A program made the position numbers and the translations under genes. A stretch of 64,000 nt of DNA, taken from positions 1,054,001-1,118,000 of the forward strand of contig NEEC01000008.1 of NCBI GenBank assembly GCA_002189035.1, written 5' to 3'. The notes beneath the pieces were generated by a model. The model did not search any database. It worked only from the letters and a program-made list of their open reading frames with translations, and was not told the DNA's origin. Positions 23,815 to 36,600 of this stretch are shown here, one piece after another. How positions within the stretch are numbered: the first letter of the stretch is position 1; each line of letters starts with the position of its first letter. This DNA is from Utricularia gibba (Eukaryota; Plantae; Magnoliophyta).

Positions 23815-25450
23815 CTACCTGTGGAGTTGCAGGAGGGCGAAGCAGGCGAATGCGAGCACAACCGCCATTGAAGTGGAGGTCGTATGTACTCGGCTTGCAG
23901 CCGCCATAGCCACTCCTCCTACGTCTCTAAGATCTGCCCCAGTATCTCCACCAGAAAGTCGCAGTTTCCGACGGAGGGGTCATCGGGAACCACAACCCCC
24001 AGTCCATCAAAATTGCAGGACATCCCCTCGGAACTGTACTGGGAGCTCATCTGGAAGTAATTGTTGAAGGCGTACGACACATTGTGATCGAAATTCAGGC
24101 GACTGCATGAGCCCCCTGGGTAGAGCGGCGTGCAATCTCCTTTTGCGCAGGCGAGATTGAACTGTTCTTCAACCTTGGTAAGATTCGATTTGTCGCCGTT
24201 GAAGACGCACCATCTTTTCGGCATGGAGACCGTTCCACGCGCCACCGTCGGGTAAATGTCTCTCCCTTCGCCGGATAAATCTATTTTGAACTTCGATTGG
24301 CCGTTTGATTTGTAGATTCCCCAGTGCCGCATGTAGAACTTCCCATCCGCCACGTTCCCCGTGTTTTCGTCGGCTAAATTGATGATGTAGATCTCGATCG
24401 AAGCTCCAGGTCTCAACGGTGTTCCTTTGTCGCTCTTGATGTAAGGTAAGAATCCTCTAAAAAACCGCTCCGCGTTCTCTACAGTCGCCATGGGGTGTCC
24501 GTCCGTCGGCCATCCGATCTGCGACACCACGATATCCATATCCGGCGCGCCGGCTTTCGTCAAGGCGCTGACGAAGGAGTCGTACACCAATTCGAACGCG
24601 TTCGTGTAGATGTGGCCGTTGTCTTCGATCGTGAAATTGGATTTGTTATCCATGAAGGCGAATTCCAGAGGCAGATTGTAGGTTAACATGAAGTCGATCG
24701 GCATGAAACTGATCGAGAATGTCGAATTCTTCTTATCTTTTGCGATTGACAAGAACTCTTCTATCTGGTGATTTTGACAGGTCTCAGATTCGAATCCTCG
24801 ACGATATCGAAAAGGAGGAAATCGGAGTACCTTCATCTTGTACAGCGGATTGAAATCCGCCTCGGACGGCTTGGTGATCGGATTCAGAGCCGCCAAGGAG
24901 TGCACAATCGAGGTCTCAAGGAAATCCATCTCGTTCGCCGTAATAATGCTGTTCATGACCCTCAATGAATCCACCACCTGCTCGTAGATGGTTATGTTTT
25001 TCATCACATCCGTTCCGAGATGGAGGCACCTGTTTCACACTCCGGTCGGTCGTGATCCATGTGTTTTCCCGGTAAGCTTCGAAAAAACGCTAATGCATAC
25101 CTGACGTTGACGCCCATGTTGATAAACCTACGAATGTGATCATTCAACAAGTATCTGGCGACAGACGGAATTTTTACGAAGGGGATGCTGGATGTCGGAA
25201 TCGTCAATGTGACGGCGATGTTGGTTCCGGCAAAGGGAGTCATGGCTTTAACTTCAGGGCTGAAGATCTTGAGATACTTGATGTTGTTTTGCAGCATGAT
25301 GTCTACGACCATGGATGGGAGTAATCTGTGGGATGTTTTCCTTCCCCAGTTCATGCCGATTGCGCCGCCGTCAACGACGTGCATTGCGATCAAGCCGGTG
25401 AGCAGCAATACCAAATTCCTCCATGGACGACGGTGGTTAGCCATTGGCAT
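23815..25450 (-). CDS. Glucan endo-1,3-beta-glucosidase-like protein (GH17 + X8/CBM43), catalytic Glu residues substituted; GPI-like tail reachable only through a 1-nt frameshift
   Basis: Signal peptide followed by GAIGMNWGRKTSHRLLPSMVVD, YTNAFELVYDSFVSAL.KAG, VVSQIGWPTDG, RHWGIY, and the X8 domain WCV..LAC..GDCT.L..GGSC..SYAFN.YFQ..CNFDGLG. As written, the stop is at 23919; a hydrophobic tail in another frame ends at 23815. Confidence 0.85.
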
Positions 25451-25680
25451 GGAGGAATTCGTTTGTCTTATCACCTCAAGTCGCGTATACGAATGCAGAA
25501 AGAAATGTTTGATGCTTTTATTTTTATCTTCTATGCCTTTGGCGAGTTTAAAGAACCGCCGTACGTTTGTTGGATGGCTGGGCTCTTGGGATTTTGACCC
25601 GAATGCCGCCATTAGTTTTCGGATCCTTCCAAATCAGCTTTCTGAAATTACATATTGACCCCCGAATTTCTTCCGGTTCG

Positions 25681-26756
25681 CTACTGGAACCCGAACCCGC
25701 AGTTTTGGGCCGGGTAATTAGCCCAGAACGGATCCCAGGACCCGTCTAACCAATGACATCCACGCGCAGTCTGCATTTCATATTCGAAGGTGGTTGCTGC
25801 GTCGCGGCAGGAAACTTCCAACTCTATCGCCGGCGCTGCGTCTTCCGCCTGCACGATCTCCGGACCTACCGGCTCGACAGCATCGATTGACGAACAATCG
25901 AAGTAATCTCGCGATTCCGGTGGAGGAAGTATCGGTTTCTCTTCCAGATCGAAGCTCTTGACGTAATCCATCTCAGGCGGGTTGAAGAATCGATCACTTA
26001 TCTCCAGGGCGTTGCCATATACACAAGATGGCATGGATTGGATGTGCTCATTGCTCCGTAGGGCGTCAATCGCCGTCACAGTTGATTTCTTCTTGTATAC
26101 CCTACACAGCACCCAATCATCCGACTGCAGGCGAAAAACGCATCTCAGATTGACGAGAAAACCGAAGACGAAAGAGATTTCTTTTTTTTTTTTTGTTATC
26201 GTAACGCAACCTTGGGGCTATTGCTGTTGTTCGGCGGCGGCTCCGATAGGCGGTACTCATGCATGATCCAATTGGTTTTGGAGCCTTTAGGGGCTTTTCC
26301 GACGTGGAAAACCAGGGCTTTCTTGATGCCGACTTTTCTCCCTTTGACACTGATAATTTTGTCGGTACCGGTGGCCTTCCAGTATCCGCCGCCGGCGACT
26401 CTGTTGGGGCGCGACCCATTTGGATACTTTCTGTCTCTAAGGCTGAAGAAGTACCATTCCTTTTCCCCAAACAACGCTTCATCTGCAGTAACAGATAGAC
26501 CAGAATGGATTGTTATTCACACATTACATGCGCCAGTGTAACCAGCCCTTCAAGAGGAAGAAAAGCCATTACTCGGAAGATCCCATGCGTCGAACTTATA
26601 GAGATCAACATCACCGATTACCGGCAGCGGAAAACGATGACCGGCGACCTTCCTGCAGAGATACTGAACGAGAAGCTCTTCGTCCGTGGGGTAAAAGCGG
26701 AACCCCGGTGGCAAGTGGAGCAGCACACGGGGATCGGACTCTCCTCCGAAAACCAT
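25681..26756 (-). CDS. NAC072: NAC transcription factor, ANAC019/055/072 (RD26) clade, 3 exons
   Basis: Exon 26756-26573 [25 protein letters not shown]. Exon 26482-26211 [46 protein letters not shown]. Exon 26124-25681 [11 protein letters not shown]. Exact orthology within the clade is not resolvable. Confidence 0.9.
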
Positions 26757-26885
26757 CTTCCTTCTGTCTTCCGGCTGAGGCAGGGATTTACACACGACAA
26801 TCGAAAATGAAGCGTTGCTTTTATACCATACGTCCAGGGAAAAGCTGTTTCTGTGTGTATGGATAACTACGGCGGGCTTCCCCTC

Positions 26886-26915
26886 CACGTCGGCGCCTTT
26901 TAGCCATCCGTCGGC
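26886..26915. promoter_or_regulatory. ACGT (ABRE-like) and two DRE/CRT cores upstream of the NAC gene
   Basis: CACGTC at 26886-26891. GTCGGC (reverse GCCGAC) at 26889-26894 and 26910-26915. Both lie 130-160 nt upstream of the NAC ATG, consistent with stress inducibility of this clade. Confidence 0.5.
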
Positions 26916-28667
26916 AGAAAAGGGCTGTAACGGAACACCAGGTGCGCGACAGTGGGTGGTTTCATATCCAAAAGCAATCCCAGGAGAGAAAGAAGCGGTC
27001 CCATGAATCTGGCGTCGAAACCGGCACCAAAGTGGATCATTTTTATGTACTTTTGTGTTGGGGGGATGAATTGGGGTTACGTAGAAGTCGAGCAACTGAA
27101 ACTTGGGGAGTGCGGTAACATGTATGGAATACACATGAAAACTTAGAATCTAACATATATTAATATGATAATATATAGATCATTAATATATAAAAGCTAA
27201 CATCTAATACTCGTTATAAAATTAAAATGATTCTAAAAAATTAATTATCATAGAATAGAATTCAATATATATTTAAAAGAATTAATTCTAAAAACTTCCA
27301 AATGTTAGCTAAATTCTCCATCAAATAAAGTAATTTTATTTCAAAAAATCGGTATTCTCAATATTTCGTCATGGATGTATATATGGGTACATCAATGTGA
27401 ATTGATATTTTCGGTATTTATTTATGAAATATGGATCTAGTAAAAATGATAGGGTAAGATATCCCAAATATATCTAATGGGTTCCACACAAATAGCTTAC
27501 TATCAAAGTAAAATGGTGAGGTTAGTGGGGGCCACTAGTGATGGAAGGGCATAAATATCTGAGCAGCACATGGTTTGGGAGAACCCCTTTCAGCTCAACA
27601 AAGATCCCATATAGCGTCAAAGAGTTTTAGGCTATGTTGGCCTACATTGTAAAATGTATTTTCTAAAATAAAAATATAAAATTTGTATTTTAAAAATAAC
27701 ATATGAATATGAAATGAACTATTTTAGTTTTCCTTTTCTTTATTCTACTAATGTCAATTTTCGCATATATTTCAATTTATTCCTTGAAATTATTTTCCTA
27801 ATTTTATATTTTTAAAATGTGAAAAAATTAAAGATTACATATTTGATGTGAATTGCTATTTCTATATTATTGTCAATTGATTTCTCATTGTATAATTTCT
27901 TTTTTAAAGTTATAAAATATTAACTCATTTTATTTATCATTTTTTAAAAAATATATTTTAATATTATGTGTTGAGATCAACCTCAATTCAAACCAGGTTG
28001 AAGTGACTGAAAACAATCACTTGTTATCATAAAAGATTTTGCAATTAAAACCATTGTACTAAGTTATTGTGACTTTTTATTTTGTTTTTGTTGGATTATG
28101 CCTCATTATTAATATGATTAATTTAACAAAAATAAAAAATAGGAGGGAGAGGAGAGGAGAGCCCACATTCCACACCGGTGAGGACTGAGGAGAGGGAGGC
28201 AATATTTGCTGTCAAGGAGTTAATGAAGGGTGAGTTGCCGAAAGTGAGGCGTGGGGGTGTTGAAGGGGAGGGAAGTTGAGAGGAAAATGATGATGATGAT
28301 GCTGCTGCAATGAAGTTTTTTTCCACAAGTTGCACATGGCTGGCTGGCTGGGTTGGCGAGTGTGCAAGTGCGAGTGCAACCCACTCCATTAAAAAAAGTG
28401 GCCGCATTTGAACAACTGATATTCGTTGCGTCCAGTGGGATGAGAGTGACACCGAAGCTCACCCCTCAAAAAGCAGATTGGTTTTTTTCACCCACACACT
28501 GGCCCATTCATGACTCCTTGATTGATTGAACATTGCAGCCACCGCTGCCTGCCTGGTTTTTTTGATGATCCTTTTGGATCGCGCACTGGGTGTGTCTTGA
28601 TTCAACCCGGTCGAGTAGAAAGTCTCTCCCTTGTGGGATTTTTGAGAGGTCGATCCTGTCGGTGAGC

Positions 28668-31600
28668 ATGAAGACTGTTATAGATGCAGGGACGGTGCTT
28701 GATTACGCTCTTTTTCAGCTCACCCCAACCAGGACCAGGTAAGGGACATGCCATTTGTGTTTTCTTTGCTCGTGCTGTTGTATCCTGAGCTTTACTGGTT
28801 TTTTTTTTTTTTTTTTTTCCAAATTGCGAAACAAGGTGTGATCTTGTGATATTTGCTGGGAAAAAGAGCGAGAAAATAGCCTCCGGTTTGTTGGATCCAT
28901 ATCTTTCTCATCTTAAATCAGCCAAAGAACAGATTTCAAGAGGGGTTATTCGATTACCCTTCAGCCCTCTTCGTCTGATTCTTCTTCGTGGTTCACCAAG
29001 GCTACTTTAAGCAGGTAGTTCCTTGTTTTAGCTTTCTGGGTCTCTCTCGATTTTCCGATTTTAGCCTGTTTTTTTGAAAAAAATTTCCAGGTTTGTGAGA
29101 TTTGTTAATACCCCGGAAATCCTAGAGAGATTCGTGAGCATTGACAAAGAGATTGGCCAGATTGAGAAAGAAATTGACTCGAACGGACTTGCCAATGGCA
29201 CAGTTGAACAGCATGGTACGCGTCATACGGGAGCACGCTTCTGAATGTTCTCCCTCGTTGTTGCTCTTCCTGGAATGAGCTTTATCAGTTTCTAAAAGAA
29301 TGTGTTGAGAATTGAGGATATTGTATTTTCAGTCCGTGTGAATCTGTTCATGCATAAGCTAATTACCTGATGAATGGACAGGTGGTGATGGAGATGATGT
29401 GGTTGAAGCAGAAGAAAAACCCAAGTCAGTTGATGTACCCTACTGTTTTCCTGTGTATGGCCTTACACATGCTGTGTAGTCTAACAATGTTTCCCTGTTT
29501 AACATCACTAGAGTTCGTCTTCAGCGTGTTCTTAAATCGCGTAAGGCAATCCTTGAGAAAGAGCTGGCTATGGCCTATGCTCGAGCTCTTGTTGCTGGTT
29601 TTGAGATGGACTACTTACAAGATCTTGCATCATTCTGTGATGCTTTTGGAGCACAACGTTTGAGGTAGTCAATGCAAACACACACACACCTGTGGACTCA
29701 TGTCAAAGGGTCTCTAGTTAGTTTCCACTGATCAGATTCATATTCTTGTCTACTCAGGGAAGCATGTGTAAACTTCATGGAAATATGCAATAGGAAGAAT
29801 GATGACAAGATTTGGATGGACGAAGTTGCAGCAGTGCAAGCTTCATACATTGGATCAGCTGGGATCATGGCTTCATTTGAAAATAATGATCTGAGTCAAA
29901 GTTTTATAGCCAAGAGTTCAACTCCTGATTCCATCACTACACAAGGAAGCCTGGATGCTGGTGAAGGTAATACTTTTCCTCTATTAGTTAGATCCACAAA
30001 CACCATTTCTGTGGATGGGATTCGAATTTTAAATCATTGAACTTGAGTTGCTATGCTCTCTGTGGTGTTCATGAGCTTATCATTCTACCTTAGATGTCTC
30101 CATGCTGTACACTTCTCTGTGGTTCCTCCTTTTCCTGGATCCAATTTCTGTAATAACTGATGTTGATACTTCTCTTGATCAAAGGAACGGAGAGTGCTTC
30201 AACTGCGGAGTTCCCGCAGCACACAGGAGTGCCCAAATGGAGAGGCAACTTTCCCCCATACATGCAAAATGCCCAGGGGCCTTATCCCATGTTCCCACAG
30301 ATGCCTCCTTATGCTGCTGGGTATATGTTTCCTGGTTTTCAGGTTCCTCCATCTCATTATCCGCCAAACATGGCCTGGCCAGCAAGCTTTCACAACTCCG
30401 GTACTAATCCGGATGGAGATGCAAAGAAGAAAAACAGAAATGGAGATCATACGACAAGTGATTCAAGTGATGAAGAAGATGATAAGCAAAGGCTTTCAAC
30501 CCCAGAGGAGCAAATCCACAAGAAGAAGTCTGGAAAGCGCTCATCTGGAAAAGTGGTTATCCGTAACATAAATTTCATTTCTGGTGGCAGAAATGATGTC
30601 AAAGGTAGTGATTCTGATGGCTATTCCTCTGGTGGAGATGAGTATGTTGATGCAGATTCCATTAAGCAGCATGTTGAGGCTGCTGTTGGCTCGATCAAAA
30701 GAAACCACAAGTCCAAAAGCAAGAAAGACAGCCAAAAATTAAAGCATGATTCTGAAAATGAAGATGTCGAACCGCCTCATCTGGAAGAAGAGAAGACAAA
30801 TGCAAACTGGGATGTGTTCCAAAATTTCCTCATGAAGGACTCAGAATCAAGATCAGAGGCTACAGGTTCAAGAACTGTGCATGCTCAAGAAAAATTTGGA
30901 GAGGAGATCTTGAACAAGAAGTTGGAACGAAAATATGCTAGTGAAGATTTTCTTTTTACTGAGAGGTCATCAGGGAGCAGGGCTGAAGGGAATGATATTC
31001 GGTTTGATGGTGGAGAAGTTCTTCGTCGTGTCATTAACAGGAGCACCGGCGAGGAGGTGTTGATTCCAAATAGAGCAGAAGGAGATCGGAGTTTTCAGAA
31101 TTCCCTTCTGGGCACTGAATCTACTCTAATCCGACCACAAAAAGAGGAAGATTGGATAACAGGAAGCAAGTCAGAGTGGATGGCTAGCCAACTCAGAGGT
31201 GCAGATCAAAGCATTTACCAAGTATCTGGCAATTTTCAGACAAGAGATAGGGAAAAAGATGTTTTAGATGATTCCTTCATGATCCAGACTCGGTCATCCG
31301 AAGAAGCAAAAATGAGTGGAAGCAAGGCTGATATCTTCATGGAACCAGACATAGTTGGCAGTTTCGCATCCGAGACCAGTGTGCCTCAAGTTTTGCAGGA
31401 GAAGGTGGAAACTTGTAAATTCTCCGAACCTGAAGACTTGTACATGATCAGCAGGAATGATTCTGTCACTGAGCAAGTTGCTGCATCTTGGACTCCAGAA
31501 ATGGACTATGTAAACAGTGCTCAGAAAGTCAAGGCAGATGCAGTGGTGACTACTGAAAAATCTGCTAAAAAAGTAGCAGCAAAAGACACCAAGGACCTAA

Positions 31601-32679
31601 AATCCAGAAGTCCGAGCGGATATCTTGGCCGGAGCAAGTCGGCAGCACCAACTCGAAGCAAGATATCATCTCCTGGAATTGCAACCAGCAGAAGCAGACT
31701 TAATCCGGTATCATACTATCATTTCATAAGATCATGCACTAAAGAAGTATTCTAGTTTCTTTACATCTCTGGGATTTTTTTTTATGTGATGTAATACCTT
31801 TCAGGAGGAAGAAAGGCGGAAGAGAATGGAGGAGCTATTGATACAGAGACAGAAGAGGATTGCAGAAAGAAGTGCTGCAAATGGTGGTACGGCTTCTGAA
31901 AGCATGAAAACAGCCCCAAAGGGGGTTACCAACAAGAGCTCTGCTTCTTCACAAATTGGGAAGGCTAAGCTACAGGCTCCAGTCAATGAGAACAAAACGT
32001 TGAATAGAAATCTTACCAGGAGTTTCACGATGGATCGCCTCTCAACTCCTCGGACAATAAACAAGCAGCCATCTGCTGATTCAAGAGTGAGTTCAAATGC
32101 AACCAGAGCTACGCCATTGAAGAAAACTAAGGGAACTGTGGGACCTCAGGATAAGGTCAATCCTTCAGACAAGAAAACAAAAAACATGGATGCTTCAAAG
32201 AATGCTTCTTCCAAGGCTCAGGAAGCTGTTCAGCCTAAGCAGAATGGCGTCAATGATTTCGGCACTATCAAGGATTTGCACACTGTGACCTCAGTTGAGA
32301 AGAAAGAAACAAGCCCAGTTCCCACTGCAGACATCAAGGACTCCTCCCAGGTTCTTTCTGATGTCATTATCTCTTCGCAAGATGCATCTGTTGTCGAAAT
32401 GAGGTTGCCAGATATCACTACTGATCTGCCCTGCCTACCAACCCCATAACAGAGAATACTGCTGCTTCAGGAGCAACTTTGAACCCCGACACCAAGAAGC
32501 TACCCTTTTCACCTGAGATCTCTGTTGTGGACAACATTTCAACTCCCCCTTCCTACACTGAAACAAATGCTGAACTATCTCCTCTAGCTCCTCCAAGGAA
32601 GAAGTGGGGTGATGGTGGAACTTCTCCAAAGGCTCCTAAGGGGTTCCGAAAGCTTCTCCTATTCGGCCGTAAAAGCTGA
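28668..32679 (+). CDS. CIP7: COP1-interacting protein 7-like; apparent 1-nt frameshift near 32442-32445
   Basis: [14 protein letters not shown] / [114 protein letters not shown], and the terminal [18 protein letters not shown]. Confidence 0.9.
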
Positions 32680-33699
32680 GTTCATTCCAGACACTCACAG
32701 AAACAGGTAAGACTCATCAGCTCCATAGACCCTACTAAAAGAAAGGAAATAATTCATACTCCACACGTTCTTCTATACATACAAGTTGTCCTCGATGTAT
32801 TATTTATTCCCCATTCATTTCATATTTGTGGTGCTTGACTTCTGATCTCATCTTTATTGCAAAGCTTGATGCTGTGGACACTCAGTGTGCTATTAAAATT
32901 CTTGTTCGTTTACTTCTTGCCCCTCCATCCATCTATCCAACCATGTTTGGCTAAAAGCCACCTACATAACCAGTGAATGACAGACAACTGGTAGTTTTGT
33001 TGCCATTCATCAGCACTCAGTACACTACACACATCGCTTCTTCGGCATCTAAATGGTGAGGGATGCAAACACCGCGTTTCTTCGCTTCTGTGGGTTCCAT
33101 GGTCGAGTTATTGTGCCGGAGAGTGCGCTGGTGATGCCATCAAGCCATCATCTCTATGTTGGTATCCTCAACGGCTAACACTGTTCCATAAAAATGCAAT
33201 CTTTATCATAAAAAAGCTTGAAAATTAGAAGCATAGTACAAAATGAAATAGTTGAAAAATAAATAATTCTTTTAATCCAAAAATAGAAAAGGAATTTTTT
33301 TAATTGAGAAAAATAAGAGCAATTTTTTCTTATTTATATACACTCGTAGTTGTTCCTCAGTTGGCAGTCTCAGTCTCAGTTCGCAATTCACAGCGCCTAT
33401 GCGCTCCCATTCCGTACCGTTTTTCCCTCAACGACAGCGGATCTGAGCACAAAATTTCTGGTTTCTTCTACTGGTTTTCTTCGATCGCGGGTTTCAATCT
33501 CACGATCACTCTGTTGTTGTACGCATTTGCGCACTTTTGGTCACTCAGCGTATACATGTTTTTATGTGTGTAGCGAGAGATATAGGAAACAGGGGGTGGG
33601 GGTTCCAGAAGTGGAGAGAGTTGGGGACTGTTAATTTTTGGGCCTTGGACGCCGTTTGCGGCGGCTATGGATCGTGAGTGGTGATAAGATTCACGGACG

Positions 33700-36600
33700 A
33701 TGAGCAAAGCAGGAGTGGAGAAGGAGGACGAAGAGGAGCGGTTTCAGGACTCATTGGACCGGCTTCTGTCCTCTGCTTCTTGCTCTTGCTCTGCCTCAGA
33801 GCCGGAAGAAGAATACGATCCGAGTTCTAATTGCAGCCCGGAGTACCAGGTTCATGTTCCTAGATTCCCTCGTGGTGTCTCGCAAAACTATGATATCTGG
33901 ACCTCGCAGCCATCGTCGGTGGAGCAACGGCGAATCCGCCTTTTATGTCAGATGGGTCTTACGCGTGATCCGTCACTCCTCCATTGCCGATCGCTTTTGC
34001 TCTTGTCGTCGAATCATTTGATTCGAAATGGTGCGGCTGCTGATGAAAACGCGTCTGAGACTTCGGTGAACAGTAATGGCTGCCTTAAAGGTTGTCGTTT
34101 TAGAAGTAATCGCAGTGGGCGAGCATCTGGGATTGTCAGATCGATGGCACATGGGGATTGCGGTTGTAAGCAGGATTCGGAGGTTCGTTTCAGTGGTTCT
34201 ATTGCATGTGGGGTTGGCAGGGAAGAAAATAATGACGCTAGGAGCTCTTTCAGAAGAACTGCTTACCCCCCGGAGGCGTCAAGAAGCGGAAATCGATCTC
34301 CAGAGCGCGGCTCTGTTTCTTCTGAAATATATTCTAAATCTGGTAGAAAAGATGATGGCAGTCTTGGTGGCTTAATTGCTCTGAATCTCGATGTAGACGG
34401 CAATGGGTTGGAACAAACAGATGAAATATGTATGATAAAAAATCTTGATAATGGCAAGGAGTTCGTGGTGAATAAGCTCAAGGAAGATGGGACCTGGGAA
34501 AAAATTAAGGAAGTTGGAACTGGCCGTCAGTTGACAATGGAGGAATTTTCATCTGAAATGTGTGTGGGGACTTCACCGATTGTACAAGAGTTGATGAGGA
34601 GACAAAAGGTAGAAGATGGAAGCAATGAAGGCTCGGTTTCAAATCCTATTGGTAACTTTGGTGGTGCATCCAAGTTGAAGAAGAGCTCAGGTTGGCTGAA
34701 AAGCATAAAAAATGTTGCAATTTCTGTTACAGGGCATAAAGAGAGACGCAGTGGTGATGAGAGGGATACATCCTCTGAGAAAGGTGGCCACAGGTCAAGC
34801 TCTGCCACCGATGACAGTCAGGATGTTTCCTTTCATGGAGCTGAAAGAGTTCGTGTCCGGCAGTCTGGGAAATCTGTGAAAGAGGTTACCTCATTATTCA
34901 AGAGCCAAGAGATACAGGCTCACAATGGTTCAATCTGGGCTATTCAGTTCAGTCTGGATGGAATGTACTTGGCAAGTGCAGGTGAAGACTGTGTGATTCA
35001 TGTATGGCAGGTTTTGGAAACGGAAAGGAAAGAAGATTTCCTTTTTGATAAATTTGAAGATGGAAATCTTCAAGTTCTGTTTTTTGCTAATGGATCACCT
35101 GAACCATCTTCTATGTCTCCGAGTTTAGAAGGCCATTCTGAGAAGAAGAGGAGAGGTAGATCGTCCTTGACCAGAAAGCCTATGAGCCTAGAACAGATTA
35201 TGGTTCCCCAGACTGTTTTTTCCCTATCAGACAAACCTATGTGCTCGTTACAAGGGCATCTGGATGATGTCCTGGATCTCTCGTGGTCGAAGTCTCAGGT
35301 TGGTTGAGATTTTATTCCCATGGATCTTTGTAATATTCTTGATGTTCATTTCATAGATTCTTCTAGTATATGGAATATTAGTGGTAATCAAGCTTATGAA
35401 ACTATAGAAATTGTTCTACTAATATGTAGAATGACACTTTTGATCTTAAGTTCCAAGGTCTATAACGCTTAGTTATGTTTCCAAGTGACATAAAATTGAA
35501 GCTTAAGAATTATCATGTTTTGTTTTATCTCAGGTAACTGCTTTCATAAGTTGGAATGAACTCTCTTGCCTTCATTTCGCATTTGCATTTTTAGTTGATT
35601 TAATTTACTCACCCTTCATCACCCTCAGCAACTGCTTTCATCCTCGATGGACAAAACAGTGCGACTTTGGGACTTATCCAGCAAATCTTGCCTAAAGATT
35701 TTTTCTCACAATGACTACGGTAACTTTCTTACATATTTGTTTGTTGCATCCAAGGCCCGAGTTTTTAGAATTCCACAATCCCTTTAACTTTAGGAGCGTT
35801 ATCTTTTATTGATTTCGTTACTAGTTTCCAGATTCCTTTATTGGTGCTTATCCTTGGATGCATTTTCAGAAATACACAGAAAGTTGTGGCTGCTGTGGTA
35901 CTCATATGTGTTTATCTGTTTCCCTATAATGAAATGAATTTTTCCTGCATCAACATGCTGAAGAGTCTTATCATAGTTTACTCAATTGTTTGTCTCGTTG
36001 AGTTCTTGATGCCTATTTGAGGATGAACCCTTGGGTCCCTTAATGACTCAATTTAAGGGTAGAAAAGTATGTTAAATTTCATTACTAACATGCTGTAATA
36101 AAGGACTCTGGCCTAGGGTTTGTGTGTTTATACTGCACCTGTCTAATGTAAGGTGCAAGTACTCTGGCTTTTTTACATTGTCATGGGTTTTAAAGCAGCA
36201 TACTGGTCTCTTCATGGTAATTTGAAGTATTGGGATAAAAGTTGTTGTGCTTCCACTAATTGGTCTTCTGGATTTCATTGATTCAGTAACCTGCATCCAG
36301 TTCAATCCAGTCGATGACAGATATTTTATCAGTGGATCACTAGATGCTAAGGTCCGGATTTGGAGCATTCCAGATCGTCAAGTTGTTGATTGGAGTGATT
36401 TTCATGAAATGATTACTGCAGCTTGCTACACACCAGATGGGCAGGTCAGGCATGAATTTTGTGTCCTAGAACGTATTGCATCACTATTTTTAGTTTGAGA
36501 TTATTTCTCAAGCACATGCCCATGTGTTATGTTTTCAGGGTGCTCTGGTTGGTTCTTACAAGGGTAGCTGTCGGTTGTACAACATATCAGGTGGCAAATG

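Noticed and set aside
24787-24796. GATTCGAATC as a tRNA T-loop/B-box
   Set aside because: No cloverleaf, A-box or acceptor stem; it is a short palindrome inside the GH17 intron.
33000-33200. GC-balanced patch with short ORFs (e.g. 41-aa MVRDANTAF...) between CIP7 and WDR44
   Set aside because: No recognisable peptide-hormone, miRNA or snoRNA signature could be supported.
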